A DNA stretch of 64,000 nt from contig JACMLM010000011.1 in NCBI GenBank assembly GCA_014379595.1, positions 29,062 through 93,061 on the forward strand, given 5' to 3'. The DNA is from Anaerolineales bacterium (GTDB lineage Bacteria; Chloroflexota; Anaerolineae; Anaerolineales; Villigracilaceae). The position numbers and the translations under genes are program-made. Below, one piece after another: positions 44,435 through 53,987 of the stretch; position 1 is the stretch's first letter, and each line of letters opens with the position of its first letter. The notes under the pieces were generated by a model. The model did not search any database, was not told the DNA's origin, and saw only the letters and a list, made by a program, of their open reading frames with translations.

Positions 44435-44466
44435 AGAGATCGCGATTAAATTGCGGTCTCTTTTTG
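44435..44466 (+). terminator. Intrinsic terminator after rex
   Basis: AGAGATCGC-gattaaatt-GCGGTCTCT-TTTTG (one G-U pair). Confidence 0.6.
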
Positions 44467-44584
44467 TTTAATATAGATGAACAGCCGCATCATACTCACC
44501 CAAACCTGTCCCCGTCCAATCGCTTTACATAGAATCAGCACCCAAAATTAATCAAACTAAATTCTCCAACAGGAATCTGCCTAC

Positions 44585-45847
44585 GTGAAAAATCACTCCT
44601 TGATCACAGCATTAAAAAACCTAAAAGGGAATCCACGAGGATGTGTTTATCCTGAACCGTTATGGGGTATCCCTTACAACTTATATTTTCCTTACGTTTC
44701 AATTTATATGATTGCATTGGGTCTGTCTGATAAACAGATCGGATTGATTGTCAGTATCAGCTGGGGCTTCCAAATTATTCTGGCGCTCTTAAGCGGCGTA
44801 GTCACCGACAAACTAGGACGTAGATTAACAACCCTGATCTTCGATATCATTTCATGGAGCGTACCAGCTTTAATTTCAGCCTTTGCACAAAATTTCTGGT
44901 ACTTCCTCGCAGCAGGCGTCATCAATAGCGTGTGGCGTATTACACATAACTCATGGAGCTGCCTGCTCGTGGAAGATGCAGAACAAGATCAGCTTGTTGA
45001 TATTTATACGTGGATATATATCGCCAATGTGTTGGTGGGGTTTATCGCTCCAGTGGCAGGAATACTAATCGGCGCGTTTTCACTCGTCCCAACCATGCGT
45101 GGGCTATATATCTTTGCAGCTATTATGTTTGCATTAAAAGCGATTGTCACCTACCAGATGACGCAGGAAACCCAGCAAGGCATAATACGTTTGCACGAGA
45201 CCCGTCATCAAAGCTTCTTTACTATATTGGGCGAATATAGGGGTGTTCTTCGCATTCTGCTTCAAACCCCGCAGACACTTTATACCGCAGGGATCATGCT
45301 GATCATTAGCATTTCCAGTTTAATTAGTGGAAGCTTCTGGGCCATCATCGTCACTGAAAAACTACATATCCCTGATCAGCATCTAAGCATCTTTCCCCTT
45401 GTCAGATCATTTATCATGTTGCTGTTCTTTTTCATTATTATGCCGAAAATCAAACAGCTCCACTTTAAACTACCATTGACGATCGGCTTTCTCGGCTTCG
45501 TTGCTAGTCAAGTGTTGTTGATCACAGCACCCACCCAAAACTACTTCTTTCTGATCGTCAGTGCTCTCCTTGAAGCATGCAGCTACGCAGCGGTCAGCCC
45601 CCTTGTGGATCAAATGATCGCGCTCACCATTGAACCAAAGGAACGTGCCCGCATCCAATCAATTTTATATGTTGGCATCATCCTGCTCACTTCACCATTC
45701 GGCTGGATCGCTGGAACGCTCTCCGCAAGCAATAAGGATTTTCCTTTTATTCTAAACATCGTTTTATTTGCAATTGGTGCAATCCTGGCTTATCTCGCAG
45801 GCAATGCTTCGCAAAAAAGAGATATGACAAAAGTGATAACAACGTAA
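44585..45847 (+). CDS. MFS transporter
   Basis: About 12 TM segments. MFS loop motif GVVTDKLGRR. GTG start per the track. Confidence 0.7.
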   Translation: MKNHSLITALKNLKGNPRGCVYPEPLWGIPYNLYFPYVSIYMIALGLSDKQIGLIVSISWGFQIILALLSGVVTDKLGRRLTTLIFDIISWSVPALISAFAQNFWYFLAAGVINSVWRITHNSWSCLLVEDAEQDQLVDIYTWIYIANVLVGFIAPVAGILIGAFSLVPTMRGLYIFAAIMFALKAIVTYQMTQETQQGIIRLHETRHQSFFTILGEYRGVLRILLQTPQTLYTAGIMLIISISSLISGSFWAIIVTEKLHIPDQHLSIFPLVRSFIMLLFFFIIMPKIKQLHFKLPLTIGFLGFVASQVLLITAPTQNYFFLIVSALLEACSYAAVSPLVDQMIALTIEPKERARIQSILYVGIILLTSPFGWIAGTLSASNKDFPFILNIVLFAIGAILAYLAGNASQKRDMTKVITT

Positions 45848-45900
45848 GGCAATAAAATCCAGCCTAAAGAATTCCAATTTATAGTAAAATTACGTCCGCT

Positions 45901-45984
45901 GGGGCGATGGCGGAATCGGCAGACGCAACGGACTTAAAATCCGTCGGTAGTGATACTGTGAGGGTTCGACCCCCTCTCGCCCCA
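45901..45984 (+). tRNA. tRNA-Leu (anticodon TAA)
   Basis: Acceptor GGGGCGA/TCGCCCC, anticodon arm ACGGA-CTTAAAA-TCCGT, long variable arm, T arm GAGGG-TTCGACC-CCCTC, discriminator A. Confidence 0.9.
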
Positions 45985-45990
45985 CAAAAA

Positions 45991-46036
45991 ATGTCATTGC
46001 GTAGAACCTGAGAAAATTCAAAGGGCGCAATGACAG
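45991..46036. repeat. Palindromic element of the GTCATTGCG family (short copy)
   Basis: TGTCATTGCG-TAGAAC...-CGCAATGACA: 10-bp perfect arms plus the TAGAAC motif shared with the other copies. Confidence 0.6.
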
Positions 46037-46054
46037 TTTCGTCTATAGGAGTTT

Positions 46055-47206
46055 ATGTTTTTTACTCGGCAGCAACTTGAGGAAATCGAAGATAAGAGTC
46101 TTGCGTCGTATGGTATGCGAAGCAAAGATTCAAAAGGCCGCGCCTATCTGGACAGCGAACCCAATTACCGTACCTCTTTTCAACGCGACCGTGACCGCAT
46201 CCTGCACACCACTGCTTTTCGCAGGTTGGAATATAAGACTCAGGTCTTCATTAATTTTGAAGGCGATTACTTCCGCACCCGCCTCACCCACACACTGGAA
46301 GTTGCTCAGATCGGCCGAACATTGGCCCGCGCCTTGGGAGGGAACGAAGACCTTGTCGAAGCCATTTGTTTAGCACATGACCTTGGGCATTCTCCATTTG
46401 GACATTCAGGTGAAATTGCCCTCGCCAGATTGATGAAAGACTATGGCGGCTTCGATCATAATAAACAATCATTGCGCATTGTTACTGAGCTCGAACAGCG
46501 CTATCCTGAATTCCCAGGTTTGAATCTTTCATGGGAAGTGCGTGAGGGCATGGTCAAGCACGAATCTGAATATGATATTTCTGACGCGCGTGACTTCAGT
46601 CCCGAATTACGCGGCAACCTTGAAACACAAATCGCGAATGTGGCTGATGAACTTGCCTACACTACGCATGACCTCGATGACGGCTTGCGTTCAGGCATGA
46701 TCAGCCCACAATTGTTGGAAGGTGTCTCTTTATGGGAAATCCTGCGCGAGACATATAACTGGCATGGTTCCATTCTCGGTGATATCGAACGCCACCGCAT
46801 GATCCGCCATCTTGTAGGGCTAATGGTCACCGATATGTTGCAAGCCACAGACATTCGAATAAAGGATAGTAAAGTAAAGACCGCAGTAGATATTCAAAAG
46901 CTTAAACACAATATAATCGGCTATAGTGAAGAAATGCAAAGGCGCAATCGTGAGTTGAAAGATCTGCTTTACAGAAAACTTTATCGGCATTATCGAGTTG
47001 TGCGGATGCAGGTTAAGGCTGAACGCATCATCTCCGACCTGTTCCATGCCTACCGTGCTGAAGCAGCCATGCTGCCTGATCACGTTCAGTTCTTCATTGA
47101 AAAGCGCGGCCTCGAACGCACGATCTGTGATTACATAGCAGGTATGACAGATCGCTACGCTATTGAAGAACATCAAAAATTGTTTAACCCCTTTGAAAAA
47201 CCGTAA
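46055..47206 (+). CDS. Deoxyguanosinetriphosphate triphosphohydrolase-like HD-domain protein
   Basis: FQRDRDRILHT, RTRLTHTLEVAQIGR and HDLGHSPFGH motifs. Confidence 0.88.
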   Translation: MFFTRQQLEEIEDKSLASYGMRSKDSKGRAYLDSEPNYRTSFQRDRDRILHTTAFRRLEYKTQVFINFEGDYFRTRLTHTLEVAQIGRTLARALGGNEDLVEAICLAHDLGHSPFGHSGEIALARLMKDYGGFDHNKQSLRIVTELEQRYPEFPGLNLSWEVREGMVKHESEYDISDARDFSPELRGNLETQIANVADELAYTTHDLDDGLRSGMISPQLLEGVSLWEILRETYNWHGSILGDIERHRMIRHLVGLMVTDMLQATDIRIKDSKVKTAVDIQKLKHNIIGYSEEMQRRNRELKDLLYRKLYRHYRVVRMQVKAERIISDLFHAYRAEAAMLPDHVQFFIEKRGLERTICDYIAGMTDRYAIEEHQKLFNPFEKP

Positions 47207-47290
47207 ACGTTGTTCAATTGAGGGGGGACGAAAATTCTTCCCCTCTTCTTCTCCATTATCCGAATACATATCAAGAAAGGAGCGATTAAT

Positions 47291-47755
47291 ATGACTCAAC
47301 CCAATTACCTAACACCCGAAGGCGAAGCAAAACTCAATGCCGAATTACAGGAGTTAAAAGGCACAAAACGTGAAGAGCTTTCAAAACGCTTACGCTCCGC
47401 CATTCAAATGGGAGACCTTTCGGAAAACGCAGATTATCACAAAGCCAAGGAAGATCAGGGGTTTCTCGAAGGCCGCATTCAGGAGATCGAAGCGATCCTT
47501 CGTAATGTCGTCATCATTGAGAAAAAACAAAGCAAAGGCGTTGTCTTTATCGGTTCGCGCGTGACAATACAGGAAGATAACTTTGACCCTGAAACTTATC
47601 ATATTGTCGGCGCTACTGAAGCAGACCCGCGCCATGGCAAGATTTCGCATGAATCTCCGATTGGCCGGGCACTAATGGATAAAAAAGTGGGCGATGTTGC
47701 CGAAGCCGAAACCCCCGGCGGTACTGTTAAATTTAAAATCATTAAGATCGAATAG
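47291..47755 (+). CDS. greA: Transcription elongation factor GreA
   Basis: LTPEG..KL..EL..L....R.E...L..A...GDLSENADYHAAKE and a C-terminal FKBP-like domain. 154 aa. Confidence 0.92.
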   Translation: MTQPNYLTPEGEAKLNAELQELKGTKREELSKRLRSAIQMGDLSENADYHKAKEDQGFLEGRIQEIEAILRNVVIIEKKQSKGVVFIGSRVTIQEDNFDPETYHIVGATEADPRHGKISHESPIGRALMDKKVGDVAEAETPGGTVKFKIIKIE

Positions 47756-47766
47756 AAAATATTAAA

Positions 47767-47806
47767 CAAAAAAACAGCCGAACCAAAATGGTTCGGCTGT
47801 TTTTTG
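47767..47806. terminator. Bidirectional intrinsic terminator
   Basis: AAAAAAA-ACAGCCGAACC-aaaat-GGTTCGGCTGT-TTTTT between convergent genes. Confidence 0.85.
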
Positions 47807-47809
47807 TTA

Positions 47810-48799
47810 TTAACCTTGTCTTGGCCAAATGGCTAATTCAAGAGTGATGCGTTCAAAATAACTGTCAGCGGGTAAAGGTCCGCGACCATATTCCAAGTCT
47901 ACAACAGTAGCAAGCAATTGCAAGGTAGCCGTTTCAAGCAAGACCTGCGATTGTTGTTCAACAAGAACCAGTTCACCCTTTGGCTCAAGCCGGGCACGGA
48001 TTCCAGGATCAGTGAAGGAATGCTGCGACATCAATACTTTTGTAGCGGTCTTGATGTCGTTCTTATCAAATAACCATATCTCAAGTGCAGTAACTTTCTT
48101 GGGTTCGCCTACTCCAATGGCTTCTGAAACTCCAACACCGTATTCACCCATGAATTCACCAGCCTGTGTATCAATGCTGAATGATTCATCGTATAAGTCA
48201 TCGCCCAATACATAAGTAGTCATGGTCTGTGTAATGGGAGGGGCAAGTCCCATTTGCTCAAAATTCGTCTTCTCGGCATTACGGCTGAGCTCTTGCGATT
48301 GCATCGTGACAGTCACTTCACCACTGCCACGATTGCCTAATAAACGATAGAGATACCATCCCCCATAGCCCAATAAACCAAGCAGCACTACGATCCCACC
48401 GAATAAAGCAATTTTCCCCATAGTGGAAGTACCTGTGTCTTGAGTGGGGACAGGCCGAGAAGAAACTATGCTTGTGATCAACTCACCATACGCTCTAATT
48501 ACGCCAGGGTCGGCATTTCGTGGATTAGCTTGAATATTAGTGAATGCCGGCTGGGCACCCACTCCAAGATTATCCCAGCGCTGGATGGCCAGATTCGGGT
48601 CCGCATTCACGCGATAGGAGTCAATCGCCATGCGAAGATAATCTTCCTGTAAATCTGCACGCAGGTAGGATGGTGTCGCGTTCACAAATTCCACTGGTGC
48701 GATCACCCATCCAATCAACAATCCCAAAACTAATCCTCCAATTGCCAGAGCAATTGCAAGAAGAGGGAGTTTTTTTAATAAGGCAACAATAAACTGCAT
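47810..48799 (-). CDS. Hypothetical membrane-anchored protein
   Basis: 329 aa with two TM segments (N-terminal and around residue 135). No recognised domain. Confidence 0.5.
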   Translation of the reverse strand: MQFIVALLKKLPLLAIALAIGGLVLGLLIGWVIAPVEFVNATPSYLRADLQEDYLRMAIDSYRVNADPNLAIQRWDNLGVGAQPAFTNIQANPRNADPGVIRAYGELITSIVSSRPVPTQDTGTSTMGKIALFGGIVVLLGLLGYGGWYLYRLLGNRGSGEVTVTMQSQELSRNAEKTNFEQMGLAPPITQTMTTYVLGDDLYDESFSIDTQAGEFMGEYGVGVSEAIGVGEPKKVTALEIWLFDKNDIKTATKVLMSQHSFTDPGIRARLEPKGELVLVEQQSQVLLETATLQLLATVVDLEYGRGPLPADSYFERITLELAIWPRQG

Positions 48800-48867
48800 A
48801 TAGAACTCCTTTGTTTACATTTCCCTAATTATACATCCTATTTTTCAAGCCTCACATAGCAGAATGA

Positions 48868-50244
48868 TTACCGCGCTTCCATTAAATACAATGTGCGTTG
48901 TGAGCCTTGTACACCTTCGCTTTTGTGGATACTAAAACTGGCAGAGAACGCGGATTCAAAACCATCACGGGTATAACTTGGAAATATATCCTCGCGTGAA
49001 GCGAGTAATTTTTGTACCTGTGAATCAGACTTTGGCACAAACTCAATAACCAACCATTTGCATCGCCCTGCAAAAAAATCTGCCAGCTGCGGCAGAGGTA
49101 CATTATTGGAAATAGCCAAATGATGAATGACAGCAAGCGCCAGGATCATATTGGCAGGGCCACGCGCGCCAAATGAATCACGCTCTTTATTATCCCAGCC
49201 GATTGATGGGCTTGGATTTGTTAAGTCTAAAACCAGAGGTAAAATATTTTGCTCTTTTTTTGTTTTTACAGTCCGATAGTTTTGCTCAACCGCTGCAGGA
49301 TCAATATCAAATGAAACTGTGAATGCACCTGACGATGCAGCCTCACGGCTAAATACACCCGTGTTACCACCTAGATCCCAAACCAGCTCAGGCTTTTTCT
49401 CAACGGCCCATTCACGGACTAGCTGCTTCTTATGTTCGAAAGCTGAATCTGTATAATTTGTGTTCTCGTAGTAATCACCCCATTCTGTGCCAGCAGGTTT
49501 CCACGTTAATTTCTTGATCGTATTTTCAAGGCTCTCGATCAAACCAGTCAAAGCCTGTTTGTTCATACCATTTTTACGCGGCACCACTACTTTATTTGAA
49601 TATCTTTTTTGCGCGCCCGCATGAATATGAATATGAGTCAGTAAACCAAAATTAAATTTTGTTCTCGATGGCAATAATCCACTTGCAAGATCAAGCGGTA
49701 CCCCATCAATATAAACACGCAACAGTTGATTCAAACGCACATCTCGATATGCCATCAAAACAAGCGGCGCAAGAAAATGCTGACAAAATTGCTTATATGC
49801 CACCCACGGCTCACCTTCTTTATATATTTCAAACGAAAGTGTATCGATCAACATTGCTTTGCCGCGCACAAATTGGATGTTATATGCGCTTGCATCTTTC
49901 AATGACATGTCAAGTTTCAATGCACGTTTTTGAATCGATAACGTCGCAAGGGCTGCATCTTTCAATTGACTAAAAGACCATTCATAAGGATAAGATATAA
50001 ATGCAGCACGCTCAGGTTGGATGACTTTAAATGCCGTTTCTGACTTAACTGGAAGTTGATCTGCCTCGACATGCGGAATCAGCAGACTGGCTTTCACCAA
50101 CTTATCGTACAGCCCAGAATCCATCAACCGCGCGTAATTGCTTTCATACGCGCGGTTGATCTGTCGGTACAGGATTCCGTTCCTTGAAAACAGGAACCCG
50201 CTAGGGTCACGAAAGGAAGCGGATAGTTGTTCAGTCTTGGGCAT
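48868..50244 (-). CDS. Class I SAM-dependent methyltransferase with a large N-terminal domain of unknown function
   Basis: Motif I VWDLGGNTGVFS sits in the C-terminal third. The start is probably Met-16 (50244), which overlaps the small upstream ORF by 14 nt. The track start is 50289. Confidence 0.65.
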   Translation of the reverse strand: MPKTEQLSASFRDPSGFLFSRNGILYRQINRAYESNYARLMDSGLYDKLVKASLLIPHVEADQLPVKSETAFKVIQPERAAFISYPYEWSFSQLKDAALATLSIQKRALKLDMSLKDASAYNIQFVRGKAMLIDTLSFEIYKEGEPWVAYKQFCQHFLAPLVLMAYRDVRLNQLLRVYIDGVPLDLASGLLPSRTKFNFGLLTHIHIHAGAQKRYSNKVVVPRKNGMNKQALTGLIESLENTIKKLTWKPAGTEWGDYYENTNYTDSAFEHKKQLVREWAVEKKPELVWDLGGNTGVFSREAASSGAFTVSFDIDPAAVEQNYRTVKTKKEQNILPLVLDLTNPSPSIGWDNKERDSFGARGPANMILALAVIHHLAISNNVPLPQLADFFAGRCKWLVIEFVPKSDSQVQKLLASREDIFPSYTRDGFESAFSASFSIHKSEGVQGSQRTLYLMEAR

Positions 50245-50416
50245 TATCAGAATCGTCGTCCTCTTCCTCTGGTTTTGGCTTTGCTCCAAATAATGTTTTT
50301 ATCCTGCTCCATGAGGCACGTACTGCAACACCCAAGCCCAAGAGGGCTGCAATCGCAATTTGGATAATAAAACTCCCGGAGCCAGGGTCAAGATATGGAA
50401 GTGGTGAAAAGTGCAT
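50231..50416 (-). CDS. Small single-pass membrane protein with an acidic tail (hypothetical)
   Basis: 61 aa: YLDPGSGSFIIQIAIAALLGLGVAV TM helix, then KPKPEEEDDDSDN. Lies 11 nt downstream of the topA stop and overlaps the methyltransferase start. Confidence 0.45.
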   Translation of the reverse strand: MHFSPLPYLDPGSGSFIIQIAIAALLGLGVAVRASWSRIKTLFGAKPKPEEEDDDSDNAQD

Positions 50417-50427
50417 ATGGTCTCTTT

Positions 50428-52740
50428 CTATTCTACAGTTTCAGGAATAATCTCTTCCAAGAGGAAGGATTCGGAACAATTGACACATTGTGCTTCACGT
50501 TTATTGGCAATGACTAGTAAACCTTTACATTTGGGGCATGACACAGCCAGTGGCTTCTTCCATGAAGTGAATTCACAATTTGGGTAATTGATACAACCAA
50601 AGAATGTACGACCTTTGCGTGTTTTTCTTTCCACAAGGTCACCATGATCAAGTGGACATGAAACACCGATCTTTTCCAACCAAGGTTCAGTGTAACGGCA
50701 GGTTGGAAAATTCCCACAAGAGATAAACTTTCCAAAACGGCCATATCGAATAACAAGTTCACCGCCATCATCAGGACAAATCCGCCCAATGGGTTCGGGG
50801 CCAGATTTTGTAACAGGCATTTCAGCCTGCGCTTTTTTTACATCTATTGAAAAGGGGTCGTAGAACTCTCGTATGGCATCGGTCCACAACATTTGTCCGT
50901 CAGCGATCTTATCGAGGTCTTCTTCCATATGGGCAGTGAAATTAAAATCCACAACTTCAGGGAAGTATTGCACCATCAAATCAGTAACTTGAATCCCAGT
51001 ATCTGTTGGGATGAGACGCTTATCCACGCGTTCTACATAGCCGCGCTGTTGAATAGTTGAAATCGTCGGCGCATACGTGGAAGGACGTCCAATGCCATTT
51101 TCTTCAAGAGCCTGCACAAGTGACGCTTCTGAAAAACGCGGCGGCGGCTGTGTGAAATGTTGCTCAGGGATGAGCCGTACTAATTCCTGTTCCTGTCCTT
51201 CAGCAATGCCTACAGGAATCTTCACATTCTCTTCGTCTTCCTCAGTTTTAACATCTTCATTTTTAGCTTCTTCATATACAACTAAAAAGCCAGGGAATTT
51301 AACTGCGGAGCCAGAGGCCCGCATGAGATATTCATGTTCTTTTGTTTTGCCTGTGACTTCCACCTGCAACGTATCGAACACGGCAGATTCCATTTGCGAA
51401 GCCACAAAGCGCTGCCAAATCAAACGATATAACTTGAACATGGCGGGGTCAAGAAAATCTTTTACTTTTTCAGGGTCGCGCATAGCAGAAGTTGGGCGAA
51501 TGGCCTCATGCGCTTCCTGCGCATTTGCAGATTTGGTTTTGTAAGCTGGCGCTTCAGAGGGAAGATAATCCTTCCCATATTTTCCTGTCACATATTCACG
51601 CGCTTCATTTTGTGCAAGCGTGGAAACATTCATAGAGTCGGTACGCATGTACGTGATCAAACCTGTCGTGCCGCCCTCACCTACATCCTGGCCTTCATAT
51701 AATCCTTGCGCGAGGCCCATTGTACGTTTGGAAGTGAATCCAAGTTTACGCGATGCTTCCTGCTGTAATGTGGAAGTGGTAAACGGCGCAGATGGTTTAC
51801 GCCTACGCTCACCGCGTTTGACTTTCGTCACTGCATACGCGGCAGTTTCCATATCAATGAGAATCGGCTTGACTACATCTTCAGTTGTAAGTTCTGGATC
51901 TTTATCATCAATACGTGCCAGCTTGGCCAGGAAAGATGTTTTAAGACTCCCGTGCTTGAACTCGCCATGAATTGACCAATATTCCACAGCTTTGAAATCA
52001 TCGATCTCACGTTCACGATCAACGATAAGCCTGAGAGCCACCGATTGCACACGCCCCGCTGACAGACGTCCGCGTACCTTCTCCCATAAAATGGGGCTGA
52101 TACTATAGCCAACCAAACGATCCAACACACGGCGTGCCTGCTGTGCATTGACCAGGTCCATATTAATTTCACGTGGATGTGAAAACGCTTCTGCCACAGC
52201 TGGTGCAGTGATTTCGTGAAAAACTACGCGCTTGGTACGCGCCATATCGATCTGTGCAGCTTCTGCCAAATGCCAGGAAATGGATTCTCCTTCGCGGTCA
52301 GGATCGGTTGCGAGGAATATCTCATCTGCAGTCGCAGCCAATTTCTTGATCTCTTTGACTACATCCTTTTTCTCATTTGGCACACGATATTTCGGCTCGA
52401 AATTATTCTCTACATCTACAGATAACTGAGACTTAAGCAGATCGCGCACATGCCCCACCGAAGCACGGACTGTATAGCCCTTACCAAGAAAACGCCCTAC
52501 CGTTTTTGCTTTTGCTGGAGATTCAACAATTACTAATTTGCCTTCACGAATGATTACTTTTTCTGGCCTAGGAGGCGCGACCATATCCGCATGTGCATCA
52601 GTTTTGCCCATACGATACAGTTTCGTCCCACACACAGGACATATTCCAGTTGTAACAGGAGATGACTTTGCATTAAATCCAGCAACAGGGTCTTTCATCT
52701 CTCGTTTTGTCTTACATTTCATGCAGTAAGCTTCCATCAA
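50428..52740 (-). CDS. topA: DNA topoisomerase I with an extra N-terminal zinc ribbon
   Basis: Toprim LVIVESPAKAKT, the type IA core, and three C-terminal Cys4 fingers. About 65 N-terminal residues carry CMKC...CPVC. Confidence 0.93.
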   Translation of the reverse strand: MMEAYCMKCKTKREMKDPVAGFNAKSSPVTTGICPVCGTKLYRMGKTDAHADMVAPPRPEKVIIREGKLVIVESPAKAKTVGRFLGKGYTVRASVGHVRDLLKSQLSVDVENNFEPKYRVPNEKKDVVKEIKKLAATADEIFLATDPDREGESISWHLAEAAQIDMARTKRVVFHEITAPAVAEAFSHPREINMDLVNAQQARRVLDRLVGYSISPILWEKVRGRLSAGRVQSVALRLIVDREREIDDFKAVEYWSIHGEFKHGSLKTSFLAKLARIDDKDPELTTEDVVKPILIDMETAAYAVTKVKRGERRRKPSAPFTTSTLQQEASRKLGFTSKRTMGLAQGLYEGQDVGEGGTTGLITYMRTDSMNVSTLAQNEAREYVTGKYGKDYLPSEAPAYKTKSANAQEAHEAIRPTSAMRDPEKVKDFLDPAMFKLYRLIWQRFVASQMESAVFDTLQVEVTGKTKEHEYLMRASGSAVKFPGFLVVYEEAKNEDVKTEEDEENVKIPVGIAEGQEQELVRLIPEQHFTQPPPRFSEASLVQALEENGIGRPSTYAPTISTIQQRGYVERVDKRLIPTDTGIQVTDLMVQYFPEVVDFNFTAHMEEDLDKIADGQMLWTDAIREFYDPFSIDVKKAQAEMPVTKSGPEPIGRICPDDGGELVIRYGRFGKFISCGNFPTCRYTEPWLEKIGVSCPLDHGDLVERKTRKGRTFFGCINYPNCEFTSWKKPLAVSCPKCKGLLVIANKREAQCVNCSESFLLEEIIPETVE

Positions 52741-52756
52741 TAATCCTCTTATTATT

Positions 52757-52875
52757 CGTCCTGAGCGGAGGCGAAGCCGCAGTCGAAGGACAGGCTATAT
52801 ATAAGCACAAATTCGCACTTCACTTACGCTTCGACTGCGTTCGGACGGTAGTACTGTCCTCACTCCGCTCAGCGA
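52757..52875. repeat. Compound 120-nt imperfect palindrome upstream of topA
   Basis: Perfect pairs CTGAGCGGAG (52761-70) / CTCCGCTCAG (52863-72), GCAGTCGAAG (52779-88) / CTTCGACTGC (52829-38) and GGACAG/CTGTCC. Confidence 0.7.
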
Positions 52876-52879
52876 GAAA

Positions 52880-53974
52880 TTACAAATATTTTTCCTGATT
52901 ATGTTTGTTCAAGTGCTTAACCACGTCACGTACTTTTTGTGATTGATCGGTCTTGCATACCATCAAAACATCGCCTGCATCAATAATAACCATATCATCC
53001 ACGCCAATAGTAACAATCAAACGATCTCCATTACCGCCATAGACAAGTGTATTATGCGTCTCGTGCGCAAGGTGTAAACTGCTGTTCGTTGCAATATTAC
53101 CATTCATATCAGGCAAAAGCACTTCAAACAAGGAAGACCACATACCAACATCACTCCAGCCCAAGCCGCCTGCAGGAAGTACAGCGACGCGTTCTGCGTT
53201 TTCCATAATGCCATAATCCACTGTTTCAACTTTGAGATCACGCCAGTGTTCATTCAATATTGCGTCTTGTTGGTCAGTACCCCATACTGGGACTATCTTC
53301 TTTAATGCGTTGCCAAGGTCAGGCATTTGCTTATCGATCTCGTTTAAGATCGCATCTGCACGCCAGATAAACATACCACTGTTCCATGAGTGATCACCTG
53401 TGCGAAGTAATTTTTGTGCAGCTTGCTCATCTGGTTTTTCAATAAAACGCTTTACTTTGTAGGTGGGATATTTATATGCACCAGTCAATGGTTCGCCTTG
53501 TTGAATATACCCATAAGCCGTTGAAGGCTGACTCGGTGCAATACCCAGCGTCACCAAATAGCCATTTTCTGCAACATCAAACGCGGCGTTTAATAAATAA
53601 TGAAACAGGTCACGGTTACGAATGAAATGATCTGACGGCAACACTGCCATCTCTGCATTTGCATCACGTTTGTGTAATACTGCCGCGGCCAGGCCCACAA
53701 CAGAGGCCGTGCCACGCGGAGCAGGCTCAATAATATAATTCTCTTCGGGAATCTGAGGAGCTTGTAAACGCATTTCACGCGCCTGCTCTTCGACAGTTAC
53801 AACCAAAATGCGCTCAGGCGGAAATAAATTTTCCAAACGCTGCACAGTGCCTTGAAATAATGTTTCCTGCCCAATTAAGGGAAGCAATTGTTTGGGCTTT
53901 TCTTTTCGCGAAATAGGCCAAAGACGTGTGCCGCCTCCGCCTGCCATAATGACTGCATAAGTATGTTCGGGCAT
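52880..53974 (-). CDS. Mannose-1-phosphate guanylyltransferase-like nucleotidyltransferase
   Basis: YAVIMAGGGGTRLWPISR..KPKQLL signature. The start is set at Met-21 (53974), which removes the overlap with dprA. Confidence 0.8.
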   Translation of the reverse strand: MPEHTYAVIMAGGGGTRLWPISRKEKPKQLLPLIGQETLFQGTVQRLENLFPPERILVVTVEEQAREMRLQAPQIPEENYIIEPAPRGTASVVGLAAAVLHKRDANAEMAVLPSDHFIRNRDLFHYLLNAAFDVAENGYLVTLGIAPSQPSTAYGYIQQGEPLTGAYKYPTYKVKRFIEKPDEQAAQKLLRTGDHSWNSGMFIWRADAILNEIDKQMPDLGNALKKIVPVWGTDQQDAILNEHWRDLKVETVDYGIMENAERVAVLPAGGLGWSDVGMWSSLFEVLLPDMNGNIATNSSLHLAHETHNTLVYGGNGDRLIVTIGVDDMVIIDAGDVLMVCKTDQSQKVRDVVKHLNKHNQEKYL

Positions 53975-53987
53975 TGTAAGAAACCTA

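Noticed and set aside
46820-47299. 159-aa minus-strand ORF spanning the dGTPase 3' end and the greA start
   Set aside because: It overlaps two well-supported plus-strand genes and their intergenic RBS. No motif.
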